From: Bacteroidota bacterium
Lineage (GTDB): Bacteria; Bacteroidota; Bacteroidia; Flavobacteriales_F; PHOS-HE28
Assembly: GCA_023430325.1 (NCBI GenBank)
Contig: JAEZAU010000123.1
Coordinates: forward strand, 1 to 37,358
DNA: 37,358 bases
Reading direction: 5' to 3'
Position numbers and translations under genes: made by a program. This document shows positions 27,949 through 36,803 of this stretch, piece after piece. Each line of letters opens with the position of its first letter. The stretch's first letter is position 1. The notes under the pieces were generated by a model. It did no database searches, was not told where the DNA came from, and saw only the letters and a program-made list of their open reading frames with translations.

Positions 27949-29127
27949 TTATCCAGCGGTGGCCGATCGTTGAAAATTCGTGCTGCGCCTTGCGTTGTTC
28001 ACAGTGTTCAACATGCGCTCGAAGCTTTGCCAGAGGTCCTTGGCCGCCTTGTCCCAGGTGAACATCTCCGATCGGTGAAGTCCTGCGGTGCCCAGCCGCT
28101 GGCGCAGATCATCATCCATCGCCAACGTCTCAAGGGCCCGGGCGATATCATTCACGGAGAACGGATCGCAATAGAGCGCTGCATCGCCCGCCACTTCTGG
28201 CATGCTCGTACGATCGCTGGTGATCACGGGCACCCCGCAGCGCATGGCCTCTGCGATCGGGATGCCGAAGCCTTCGAAATAGCTCACGAAGGCAAGTGCT
28301 TCGGCGCCACCGAGCGCATGACAGAGCCTGTCCTGTTGCAGGCGTCCGGTAAAAAGGATCCTCTCCTTGTGCTTCAACTGCGCCCAGGCCTGCTTCATGC
28401 GCTCATCCCACCAGAAGCTTTCGCCCACGATCACCAGCCGGTGCGCAATGGAGGTGCGCTCAAGTACATGATCGAAGGCCAGGAGCAGGCGCGCGATGTT
28501 CTTGCGCGGATGCAGGGAACCTACGCAGATGAAATACGGATCGCCTTGTGCATACTCCCGTCGTGCCTGGTCTTTTGCCTGTGCCTGGAGCGGGGAGAAT
28601 TTTTCGCTCACCCCGTTGTAGACAACATCGATCTTTGATGGATCGATGCCGTAGGTGCTGCTGATGTCCTTCCTGGAATATTCGCTCACCGTGGCTATGC
28701 GCGTGGCATGGCGTGCGAAACGCGGAAAATAATTCAGGTAGTATTTGCTGTATGCCTTGGGCAGATCTTCAGGATGATGTTCGAAATTCAGATCATGGAT
28801 CACCGCCAGTGAAGGCACTTTGCTCTTCAAAGGCAGAAAACCATCCGGACTGATGAACGCATCGGCATCGAGCGCCCGCAGTTTACGCGGAAGCATGAAG
28901 TCGAACCAAAGCCGGTACAGCAGTGGATGGCGGGTCGGTGGGGGCAAGACCACCGCCCGCACGTTCGGGGAATAAATGAATTTGTGATCGAACTGCCGAT
29001 CGAAGATGAAGATGAATTCGTGGTCGGTATGCGCCGCCGTCATGCGCGAGAGGGTTTCATGCGCGAACCAGCCGATACCTTCGAGCTTGCCGCTCAAAAG
29101 CAGACGGGTGTTCACGGCTATGCGCAT
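27949..29127 (-). CDS. Glycosyltransferase, GT4 (group 1) family
   Basis: ORF 27949..29217. The ATG at 29127 gives MRIAVNTRLL. The C-terminal GT-B motif reads ..AFVSYFEGFGIPIAEAMRCGVPVITS (E-x7-E region). The upstream ORF extension runs into the repeat element. Confidence 0.82.
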   Translation of the reverse strand: MRIAVNTRLLLSGKLEGIGWFAHETLSRMTAAHTDHEFIFIFDRQFDHKFIYSPNVRAVVLPPPTRHPLLYRLWFDFMLPRKLRALDADAFISPDGFLPLKSKVPSLAVIHDLNFEHHPEDLPKAYSKYYLNYFPRFARHATRIATVSEYSRKDISSTYGIDPSKIDVVYNGVSEKFSPLQAQAKDQARREYAQGDPYFICVGSLHPRKNIARLLLAFDHVLERTSIAHRLVIVGESFWWDERMKQAWAQLKHKERILFTGRLQQDRLCHALGGAEALAFVSYFEGFGIPIAEAMRCGVPVITSDRTSMPEVAGDAALYCDPFSVNDIARALETLAMDDDLRQRLGTAGLHRSEMFTWDKAAKDLWQSFERMLNTVNNARRSTNFQRSATAG

Positions 29128-29197
29128 GGCCGCAAAGGTGGTGAAATGAAGAATGTGCTCCGGAGGAAAGGTGATGAAGTGGAAATTCTCATCAGTA

Positions 29198-29545
29198 TTA
29201 GGGCGAATTATCGGCAAGGCGTGGCTTCGCCTTCAAGTCCGCGGTCGCTTCGCGCCCTTGCGGGCTTTCCGGCTGCGCCACTTACGCAGATCAGCTGCAG
29301 GCCAGTATGGAACCGGTCCTTGATCCAAAAAGAACATAATATCGACCACTTGTCCTTCATGGATCGATCTGCCGATCCACATGGTCAACGCCGATCGATA
29401 TCACCGGACCTCATGCTCTGGCCATGCGCCAGCGTGTTAGGGACATGAGCGGAAAGCCCGCAAGCGAGGCTTTGCGAGTGCGGACTTGGAGCGTTGGCCC
29501 GACCCGCGCTCGCTGGAATTCCAGCGAACGCGGGTAACGCCCGAA
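29198..29545. repeat. Composite inverted-arm copy of the structured intergenic repeat family (copy B: arm B1 on minus strand 29198-~29390, arm B2 on plus strand ~29432-29545)
   Basis: B1 (minus strand): core 1 at 29257-29272, hairpin at 29243-29256, core 2 at 29231-29242, end ttagggcg at 29198-29205. B2 (plus strand): gcggaaagcccgcaag at 29449-29464, stem pairing 29458-29462 with 29479-29483, gcggacttggag at 29480-29491, hairpin pairing 29503-29516 with 29521-29534, end cgcccgaa at 29538-29545. It fills most of the 456-nt divergent GT4/flippase intergenic region. Confidence 0.75.
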
Positions 29546-29583
29546 CCACCGTTAAGAATGAAGCTGCCATCTTCGCGCCCGGT

Positions 29584-31008
29584 ATGCGGCGAACGTTCCT
29601 GACCAACCTGGCCCTGCTGCTGGTGCTCAACCTGCTGGTGAAACCCTTTTACATATTGGGTATAGATGCGGGTGTACAGGTTGCCGTAGGCGCTGATGAG
29701 TATGGTCTTTACGCGGCGCTGCTGAGCTTGAGCTTTCTGCTGAACATCCTGCTTGATGTAGGGTTGACCAATTTCAACACCCGGCATATAGCCCAGCATA
29801 CGCACCTGATCGGAAAGTATTTCAGCGGCATCATCGGCGTGCGTGTCCTGCTGGCCCTGGTGTACGCGGCAGTGACGATCGTGGCGGGGCTGCTATTGGG
29901 TTATGGTGGCCGGCAGCTCGAGTTATTGGGTGTGCTCGTGCTGAACCAGGTACTTGTGGCCACCATTCTCTATCTGCGGAGCAACATTGCGGGCGCACAG
30001 CGCTACCGGCAGGACAGTTTTTTGAGCGTGGTGGATCGCGTGTTGTTGATCGTTGGTGTCGGCTGGTTGCTCTGGTTCTCAGGTGTGCCGTTCCGGATCG
30101 AATGGTTCATCTGGGCGCAGACGGTCGCTTATTTGGTGACGTTACTTATCGCCCTTGTGCTGGTCTTGAGGTTGAGTGGCAGAGTGAAGCTGCAATGGAG
30201 ACCGGCATTCAACCTGTTGATCCTGCGGCAGAGTTTCCCGTACGCCCTGCTGATACTGTTGATGACCTTCTATTACCGAACGGATACCCTGATGCTGGAA
30301 CGTATGGCGGGTGAGCGCGAAGCGGGGATCTACGCACAGGGTTTCCGCTTCTTCGAGGCTTTGAACATGCTCGGTTATCTGTTCGCCGGATTGTTGTTGC
30401 CCATGTTCAGCCGCATGTTGAAGAACAGGGAGAAGGTGAATGACCTGGTGGCAGTGGCGCTGCGGCTGGTGCTGGCCGGCTCAGTGGCCGTGGCGATCTT
30501 TGGAAGTTGGTATTCCAATGATATCATGGAACTTCGCTACACCGAACATACCGATCGCTCCGCTGGAGCGTTCGCCGTGCTCATGTGGTGCTTCGTAGCG
30601 GTCACTCTCACTTACATCCATGGAACGTTGCTCACGGCTTCAGGCCAACTCTCCACGCTGAATTGGATCGCCGCTGGAGGTGCCTTATTGAATATTGTCC
30701 TGAACCTTGTGCTCATACCCCGTTCTGCATCGGAAGGGGCGGCATGGGCCAGTCTGGCCACCCAATGGCTCACGGCACTGGCGCAGATCTACATTGCATA
30801 TCGCATCTTTGCCCTGAGGGAGCTTTTTCCCGTGATACTGCGGGCGTTGCCTTATTTGGCGGGGCTTGCCGGATGCCTGTTCGGGCTTCAATTCCTGAAG
30901 TTGGACCTGCTTGCAGTGACCATCTTCTATTTCCTATTCTCACTTTTGTGGGCTTTCTTGACAGGCCTGTTGGGCCGCAAATACCTTCTGAATGCATTCC
31001 AAGGATGA
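29584..31008 (+). CDS. Polysaccharide flippase (Wzx-like, MOP superfamily)
   Basis: ORF 29494..31008. The ATG at 29584 gives MRRTFLTNLALLLVLNLLVKPFY. About 12-14 hydrophobic segments, and the pattern RQSFPYALLILLMTFYYRTDTLMLE is typical of polysaccharide biosynthesis (PST) flippases. The upstream part of the ORF lies in repeat arm B2. Confidence 0.8.
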   Translation: MRRTFLTNLALLLVLNLLVKPFYILGIDAGVQVAVGADEYGLYAALLSLSFLLNILLDVGLTNFNTRHIAQHTHLIGKYFSGIIGVRVLLALVYAAVTIVAGLLLGYGGRQLELLGVLVLNQVLVATILYLRSNIAGAQRYRQDSFLSVVDRVLLIVGVGWLLWFSGVPFRIEWFIWAQTVAYLVTLLIALVLVLRLSGRVKLQWRPAFNLLILRQSFPYALLILLMTFYYRTDTLMLERMAGEREAGIYAQGFRFFEALNMLGYLFAGLLLPMFSRMLKNREKVNDLVAVALRLVLAGSVAVAIFGSWYSNDIMELRYTEHTDRSAGAFAVLMWCFVAVTLTYIHGTLLTASGQLSTLNWIAAGGALLNIVLNLVLIPRSASEGAAWASLATQWLTALAQIYIAYRIFALRELFPVILRALPYLAGLAGCLFGLQFLKLDLLAVTIFYFLFSLLWAFLTGLLGRKYLLNAFQG

Positions 31009-32086
31009 TCCGACAGTGATCGAGACCTCGCCACGACATTCCGGTGAAAGCCGCAGGGCAGCACGCTCCGGCACACATGCAACCTCGATCACAGAACCTT
31101 CCACCGGTCTGCTGCTCTCACTGTGGGCATACCGCCGTTTGCTTATCGGAATGGTCCTGCTCGGGGCCGTAGGTGGCGTTATCGCAGCGCTGGTGATACC
31201 CTCCCTGTACAAGAGCGAGGTGGTGATGTTCCCGGCAGTGACGCACTCGCCTTCCAAAGCCTTGTTCAATGATTATCCCAATGGACGTGAAGATATACTG
31301 GGTATCGGTGATGAGGATGACAATGAACGGCTCCTGCAGATCCTGCACAGCGATAAGATCCGCGATCGGGTGGCAGATAAGTTCGATCTGTACACTGCAT
31401 ACGGCATTGAGCCAGATTCGAAGTACCGTCGAGCAGAGCTGATCGGTGCATACGAGCAACATATCTCTTTCGAGAACACCAAATACAACAGCGTACGGAT
31501 CGAAGTGCTTCACAAGGATCCTGTCGTGGCTGCAGATATCGCCAACTATATCGCCGATCAGGTGGATACGGTCTGGAAGGAGATGGCGCATGACAGGGCC
31601 CAGCAGGCATACCAACTGGTGAAGGACAAGCTGGATGGGACACAGGCCGAGATCGCCATGATCAGCGATAGTCTGAGGGTGCTGCGTGAGCAGGGGGTGC
31701 AGGGGTACTATTCGCAGACGGAAAGGATGCACGAATATCTCGGTGCCGCGATCTTGAAGGGCGATAAAAGGGCTGTTGGTGAGATAGAGGACAGGTTCCG
31801 ATCGATAGCCGGGCTTGGCGGACTTTACGTGGTGATGGAGGAACGCCTGAAACAGGAGATGTATCGGCTGGGAACGTTGAGCTTCAAATTATCGCAGGTG
31901 GAAGCCGATCTGAGGAACGAGATGCCCCATAAGTTCGTGGTGAACACGGCACAGGTCTCCGACAAGCGCGCGTATCCGATCCGCTGGCTGGTGGTCACCA
32001 TGAGCACCATCTCGGCCCTGTTGATCGCCCTGCTGATCATCATGGTGCAGGAGAACATCAAGAAATTGCGTGTAGGTCATGCCTGA
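30992..32086 (+). CDS. Wzz-like polysaccharide chain-length determinant (paralog 1)
   Basis: TM1 (LLIGMVLLGAVGGVIAALVIPSLYKSEV, Wzz N-terminal style), a long helix-rich periplasmic region, and C-terminal TM2 (YPIRWLVVTMSTISALLIALLIIMV). Its start overlaps the flippase stop by 17 nt. No kinase domain. Confidence 0.7.
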   Translation: MHSKDDPTVIETSPRHSGESRRAARSGTHATSITEPSTGLLLSLWAYRRLLIGMVLLGAVGGVIAALVIPSLYKSEVVMFPAVTHSPSKALFNDYPNGREDILGIGDEDDNERLLQILHSDKIRDRVADKFDLYTAYGIEPDSKYRRAELIGAYEQHISFENTKYNSVRIEVLHKDPVVAADIANYIADQVDTVWKEMAHDRAQQAYQLVKDKLDGTQAEIAMISDSLRVLREQGVQGYYSQTERMHEYLGAAILKGDKRAVGEIEDRFRSIAGLGGLYVVMEERLKQEMYRLGTLSFKLSQVEADLRNEMPHKFVVNTAQVSDKRAYPIRWLVVTMSTISALLIALLIIMVQENIKKLRVGHA

Positions 32087-33086
32087 TGATGTGATGGTGA
32101 GAAAGGCACCGGAGCGGTACCCGGGCAGATCGCATGCGGAACCCCGCCAGGAGTTGAGCTTCCGCGGATCGCTTCAGATGCTGCTGGCCAACTGGCGCCT
32201 CTTCCTGGGCATAGGGCTTGCTGCCCTCATCTTGTCAGCGATCTTCAGCGGTCCGGCATTCATCAAGCCTCGCTACAGGTCTTCCGCCACGGTCTATCCC
32301 GTAAACCTCAACAGCTATTCCATCGAGACCCGCACAGATCAGCTGCTTCAACTGCTGGAGAGCAACAGCATCCGCGATTCCTTGATCAAGCAGTTCGATC
32401 TGATCACGGTCTATGAAGTGGATACCATGGCCAACGGCGGATACTACGCCCTCTATAATGAATTCGGCGATCGGGCCGAGATCAGCAAGACCAGGTATGA
32501 GTCGGTACAGATCGAAGTGGTGGATGAAGATCCGGTGCGGGCCCGGGACATGGTGAAGGCGATGCTCGATCAGGTGAATCTGCTTGCACGGCGTCTTCAA
32601 CGCGAGAAATCCATGGAGGTGCTGAACATCGCAGAACGCGCCATGGTACATGAACGTGCCAAGCTTGATTCAGTGGAAGCGCGGCTGCACCAGTTGAGAC
32701 AGGGTAGTGGCCTGCTGGCGTATGAAGCACAGGCGCGCGAGCTCACCAAGGGCTACGTGCGCATGCTGGCCGATGCTTCCGTGAGCCGCGAGAAGCGTGA
32801 AGAGGTGCAGGCCATGATCCGCGAAATGGAATTGAAAGGGGGGGAATTCCGCCAACTCACCGAATTGAGCAATCTCTTCCGTGCCAACTATGACCGGCTC
32901 CTTTCCGATTACGAAAAAGCATACAGCGATGTGACCAAGGAACTGACCTACACCAACGTGGTGGTACATCCCGAGGTGAGCGACAAGAAGGTTTATCCCG
33001 TACGCTGGTTGATCGTTTCAACCAGCACGCTATCGGCCTTGCTTCTTTTACTCGTGTTCCTCGCCTGGAAGGAAGGGCGGATCTGA
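32079..33086 (+). CDS. Wzz-like polysaccharide chain-length determinant (paralog 2)
   Basis: Same architecture as 30992..32086, with clear sequence similarity: LLQLLESNSIRDSLIKQFDL vs LLQILHSDKIRDRVADKFDL, and DKKVYPVRWLIVSTSTLSALLLLLVFL vs DKRAYPIRWLVVTMSTISALLIALLII. 8-nt overlap with paralog 1. Confidence 0.7.
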   Translation: MPDDVMVRKAPERYPGRSHAEPRQELSFRGSLQMLLANWRLFLGIGLAALILSAIFSGPAFIKPRYRSSATVYPVNLNSYSIETRTDQLLQLLESNSIRDSLIKQFDLITVYEVDTMANGGYYALYNEFGDRAEISKTRYESVQIEVVDEDPVRARDMVKAMLDQVNLLARRLQREKSMEVLNIAERAMVHERAKLDSVEARLHQLRQGSGLLAYEAQARELTKGYVRMLADASVSREKREEVQAMIREMELKGGEFRQLTELSNLFRANYDRLLSDYEKAYSDVTKELTYTNVVVHPEVSDKKVYPVRWLIVSTSTLSALLLLLVFLAWKEGRI

Positions 33087-33089
33087 AGC

Positions 33090-34553
33090 ATGCTCCAGGC
33101 GTTGCGATCATATTGGATGGTGGCAGGCTGCACGCTCTTCGTGCTGCTGAACATGCTGCTCATGGCCCAGGAGATCTTCTGGCTGAACATGCTGCCGGTT
33201 GTGCTTTTCGTGGTGTGGGCCATGTTCACCGCCGTGGACAAGCTCATGATGTTCATCGCCTTTGCCACACCACTTTCCATAAACCTTGAGGAATTGGAGA
33301 TCGGCGGCATCGGCGTGGCGTTGCCCACCGAGCCGCTCATGGTGGGCCTCATGTTCCTTTTCCTTCTGAAGCTCGGCATGGAAAAGAACGTCATCTCCGA
33401 GCGCGTATGGAAACACCCGATCACCTGGGTGATCAGTGCACAATTGATCTGGATGGTCGTCTGTATCATACCCAGTTCAATGCCCGTCGTTTCCATGAAA
33501 TATGTGCTGGCGCGTTTATGGTTCGTGACCACCATGTTCCTGATCGTCTCCCGGATCTTCGAAGATCCAACGAAGGTCCACAAGTTCATCTGGGCGTATA
33601 TCGCGGGCCTGTGCATCGTGGTGGTGTACACCTTGATCAACCACGCGCAACATCATTTCGAGCATGATCCGGCGCATTGGGTCATGAGCCCGTTCTTCAA
33701 GGACCATACGAGCTACGGTGCCATCATCGCCTTCGTGCTGCCTTACGTCATCATGCAGGTGTTCTCCTCCGGACTTTCCGGCACCAGAAGGACCCTGGCG
33801 ATGGTTGTACTGCTGTTGCTGGCCGTGGGCCTGATCTTTTCCTACACACGTGCCGCATGGATCAGTCTTGCCGGTGCCGCCGCGCTCTGGATATTCGTGA
33901 AGATGAAAGTTCCTTTCTGGGTCCTGGTGCTCTTGCTTCTGGCCGGTGGTGTTGTCTATTGGGTGAACCAGGAGCAGATACAGGTGGCATTGGAAAGGAA
34001 CCAGGAGGAATCTTCGGATGATCTGGGCAAACACGTTCGATCGATATCCAACATTTCCAGCGATGCCTCCAACCTTGAAAGGATCAACCGTTGGAACAGC
34101 GCGATACGCATGTGGCAGGAACGGCCGATCTTCGGTTGGGGGCCGGGCACGTACATGTTCCAATATGCACCGTTCCAGGCGTCGGGAGATCGTACCATCA
34201 TAAGCACCAACTTCGGCGTACAGGGCAACGCGCACAGCGAATACCTTGGGCCATTATCTGAGCAGGGTCTGCTGGGCGCGGTATTGATGATCGTGCTTAT
34301 CGTGCTTACCAGTGTGATCAGTTTCGATCTTTATCGGCGAATGCCGCAGAACCGCGATCGGGCAATGCTTACCGCCGTTTACCTGGGCCTGGTCACGTAC
34401 TATCTGCACGGATCGCTGAACAACTTCCTGGATACCGACAAGGCATCGGTGCTATTCTGGTCGTTCACGGCATTGATCGTATTGCTCGATCTGAAATACC
34501 GGCGATCAACGATAGCTGCAGACCAGCACGGCGATATCGTCCAGGTAGGGTGA
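33090..34553 (+). CDS. O-antigen ligase/polymerase-like membrane protein (Wzy_C-type)
   Basis: Polytopic membrane protein. The loop FSYTRAAWISLAGAAAL....NRWNSAIRMWQERPIFGWGPGT....GNAHSEYLGPLSEQGLLG matches the O-antigen ligase family pattern (conserved R, GxG, H). Confidence 0.78.
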   Translation: MLQALRSYWMVAGCTLFVLLNMLLMAQEIFWLNMLPVVLFVVWAMFTAVDKLMMFIAFATPLSINLEELEIGGIGVALPTEPLMVGLMFLFLLKLGMEKNVISERVWKHPITWVISAQLIWMVVCIIPSSMPVVSMKYVLARLWFVTTMFLIVSRIFEDPTKVHKFIWAYIAGLCIVVVYTLINHAQHHFEHDPAHWVMSPFFKDHTSYGAIIAFVLPYVIMQVFSSGLSGTRRTLAMVVLLLLAVGLIFSYTRAAWISLAGAAALWIFVKMKVPFWVLVLLLLAGGVVYWVNQEQIQVALERNQEESSDDLGKHVRSISNISSDASNLERINRWNSAIRMWQERPIFGWGPGTYMFQYAPFQASGDRTIISTNFGVQGNAHSEYLGPLSEQGLLGAVLMIVLIVLTSVISFDLYRRMPQNRDRAMLTAVYLGLVTYYLHGSLNNFLDTDKASVLFWSFTALIVLLDLKYRRSTIAADQHGDIVQVG

Positions 34554-35732
34554 CCCTGCCCGGTGGTCCTCGAACGCGGTCCTCAATTGGTCCAGCACGG
34601 CTTGCGGCCCTTCATGCGCTCGGTTGCGTAAGGCCATTTCCAATGGCGCCGTATCGAAGGAACGTTCCTCGCGATCCTCCTGTTCCACAAGACCATCGGT
34701 GAAACAGATCAACGTCGCTTTGGGTTCCAGGGAAACGGAGCCTTCCTTCAGGAACGGAAGCGTAGGCATCATGCCCAATGCGATGGACCCTTCATGCAAT
34801 GCAATGATCTTATCATTTTGCAGGAGCAGAGGTGAATTATGGCCGGCATTGATGAATTGCATCTCACCGGAAGGAAGGTCGAGCAGCCCGATGAACAAGG
34901 TGATGAACCGCTCTCCGCGCGCACTGGCATGTACCCGATCGTTCAGTGCTTTAACGAGGACAGGCAGGGTCTCGCTCGAATGCGTGAGCGCAGCGCGCAG
35001 ATGAGCCTGGAAATTGCTCATCAACAAGGAGGCGGCGATCCCTTTACCGCTCACATCGGCCACGCAGATCACCACTTTCTCGGGAGAGATGTGGAACAGA
35101 TCGTAATAATCACCACCCACCTGCCGGTGCGGTTGGTACCAGCCTGCGGCCTGCAGATGCTTTTCCTTCGGCAGATCACGCGGGATCAACATCGCCTGCA
35201 TTTCCGCAGCGAGCTCCAATTCACGCCGATCGCGTTCCTGTTGAAGTTCCTGCCGGGCCATGCGCTTGTTCTCCATCGCCACCACGATCAGATTGGTAAG
35301 CGTCTGTATGAAATTCAGATGCTTTATCGTGGGGCTGATGCGTTGTTCCTCCTCATCAATGTCGCCGATGAGCAGGAATGCGAGCGGCTTTTCACGGTGA
35401 TGGATAGGAACGGCAACATCGAACGCACCGATCCCGGCCGGACTTTCGCCACCGATCACCTGGATGTCCTTGAACCAGTTGGCCGCCTGCTCGATGTCGG
35501 CATCGCTCATTTCACCATCAGTGCCGTAAGACAACACGGTGCGCCACCCGTCGGAATTCACATGCAGCATCAACTTGGTGATGCCGAGCTGGTCCTTTAC
35601 GATCGAATGGTAGAGGCTGACGAGATCATCTTCGAGAACGTTGCTGTTGATCGCCTTGGTAACATCAAGCAGCGAGCGCAGCTGGAACTCCTTCAGCTCA
35701 AGCCGTTCAACGATCCTTTCCAGCCTCGCCAT
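34506..35732 (-). CDS. PP2C-type (SpoIIE/RsbU-like) protein phosphatase with N-terminal GAF-like sensor domain
   Basis: The C-terminal half has GGDYYDLF, VADVSGKGIAASLLMS, NAGHN and FTDGLVE....DDIAVLV (PP2C metal-binding Asp residues). The N-terminal ~170 aa look GAF-like. It starts 3 nt after the lpxD stop. Its 3' end overlaps the convergent gene by 48 nt. Confidence 0.82.
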   Translation of the reverse strand: MARLERIVERLELKEFQLRSLLDVTKAINSNVLEDDLVSLYHSIVKDQLGITKLMLHVNSDGWRTVLSYGTDGEMSDADIEQAANWFKDIQVIGGESPAGIGAFDVAVPIHHREKPLAFLLIGDIDEEEQRISPTIKHLNFIQTLTNLIVVAMENKRMARQELQQERDRRELELAAEMQAMLIPRDLPKEKHLQAAGWYQPHRQVGGDYYDLFHISPEKVVICVADVSGKGIAASLLMSNFQAHLRAALTHSSETLPVLVKALNDRVHASARGERFITLFIGLLDLPSGEMQFINAGHNSPLLLQNDKIIALHEGSIALGMMPTLPFLKEGSVSLEPKATLICFTDGLVEQEDREERSFDTAPLEMALRNRAHEGPQAVLDQLRTAFEDHRAGSPYLDDIAVLVCSYR

Positions 35733-35735
35733 GGA

Positions 35736-36656
35736 TCAATCCTTCAGCTTCTTGAAGAGTTCAGGCAATTTGCCGAGCATTGCTATCTCCCTCATCTTCT
35801 GTTTCCACTCGCCGGCGGGGGAACCAAAATAAGTACGGCCACCTTCCAGCGATCCGATCAATCCGCTTTGGCCGAGCACCACAGCACCCTTGCCGATCGT
35901 AAGCTTGCTCGGTACGCCGACCTGACCCCATAGCGTCACATCATCTTCAATGATCACCGCACCGCTTATACCGACGTGCGCGGCGATGAGGCACCGCTGC
36001 CCGATCAACGTGTCATGGCCCACTTGAACATGGTTGTCGATCTTGGTGCCTTTGCCGATGCGTGTATCTGCGCTCACCCCACGATCGATGGTGCAGAGCG
36101 CCCCGATCTCCACGTCATCTTCGATCACCACGCTGCCGCCGGGCACCATTTTCTCGTAGCCGGAAGAACGTTTCTTGTAATAGAACGGATCACCGCCGAT
36201 CACACTATTGGCATGGATGATCACACGATCACCGATCGTCGTGTTCTCATAGATCACCACACCGGGCATGATCATACAATCCTTTCCGATCGAAACATTC
36301 GCGCCGACGATCACACTGGGATGCACTTCGCTTCCTTCACCGATCGATGCCTTGTTCGCGAAGCCTTTGCGCGGCATGAAATGCTGCATCAGCTTGTTGT
36401 AATCGCCGCATGGATCATCGCTGATGATGAGCGCTTTTCCTGATGGTGGGTCCACCTCCTTGTTGATCAGGATCGTGGTGGCCTTGCTATTGAGCGCTTT
36501 GTCGTAATATTTCTCGTGATCCACAAAGACAAGGTCGCCTTCCGCTACGCGATTGATCTCGTTCAAGCCTGTGACCAGCCTTTGCGTTTCGCCAATGGTA
36601 CGCGCGCCGATCATTTCCGCGATCTGCGCGGCGGTTCTAGCAGGTCTAAGTTCCAA
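35736..36656 (-). CDS. lpxD: UDP-3-O-acylglucosamine N-acyltransferase
   Basis: The N-terminal ..TAAQIAEMIGARTIGE.. resembles the LpxD uridine-binding domain start. It is followed by a long left-handed beta-helix of hexapeptide repeats ([LIV]G..[x]I....I). Length 306 aa. The only in-frame start upstream of the conserved N-terminus is TTG at 36654-36656. Confidence 0.8.
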   Translation of the reverse strand: MELRPARTAAQIAEMIGARTIGETQRLVTGLNEINRVAEGDLVFVDHEKYYDKALNSKATTILINKEVDPPSGKALIISDDPCGDYNKLMQHFMPRKGFANKASIGEGSEVHPSVIVGANVSIGKDCMIMPGVVIYENTTIGDRVIIHANSVIGGDPFYYKKRSSGYEKMVPGGSVVIEDDVEIGALCTIDRGVSADTRIGKGTKIDNHVQVGHDTLIGQRCLIAAHVGISGAVIIEDDVTLWGQVGVPSKLTIGKGAVVLGQSGLIGSLEGGRTYFGSPAGEWKQKMREIAMLGKLPELFKKLKD

Positions 36657-36676
36657 GTTGGTGCAGGCTTTGGCCT

Positions 36677-36684
36677 CAAAGGTA
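36677..36684 (-). promoter_or_regulatory. Bacteroidota -7 type promoter-like motif TACCTTTG (minus strand)
   Basis: Reverse complement of caaaggta, 21 nt upstream of the lpxD TTG start. Confidence 0.4.
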
Positions 36685-36703
36685 GCCGCACATAAGATCG
36701 ATC

Positions 36704-36793
36704 AGATGATCAGAAAATCAGATGATCCCAATGCCTTAGCCTCGACTCTTCGATCGAAGGTTGAGTTCCAATTATCTGATCTTCTGATCATCT
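36704..36793. repeat. Long imperfect inverted repeat (ATCAGA-type units) between tgt and lpxD; probable tgt terminator/structured spacer
   Basis: 36704-36726 pairs with 36771-36793: 23 positions with one mismatch and one G.U. The core agatgatcagaaaatcaga faces tctgatcttctgatcatct. The 44-nt loop contains the perfect palindrome cttcgatcgaag (36748-36759). Confidence 0.7.
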
Positions 36794-36803
36794 CATTAAC
36801 TGA

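Noticed and set aside
29494-29583. N-terminal extensions of ORF-track models into intergenic repeats or upstream genes: 29494 for the flippase, 29217 for GT4, 2746 for the L,D-transpeptidase, 4689 for the Omp85-like gene, 7548 for the BNR protein, 8873 for gap, 19781 for lpxK, 19692 for Nif3.
   Set aside because: In each case an internal ATG yields a canonical N-terminus, either a signal peptide or a conserved family start. The extension would overlap a neighbouring gene or the repeat element.
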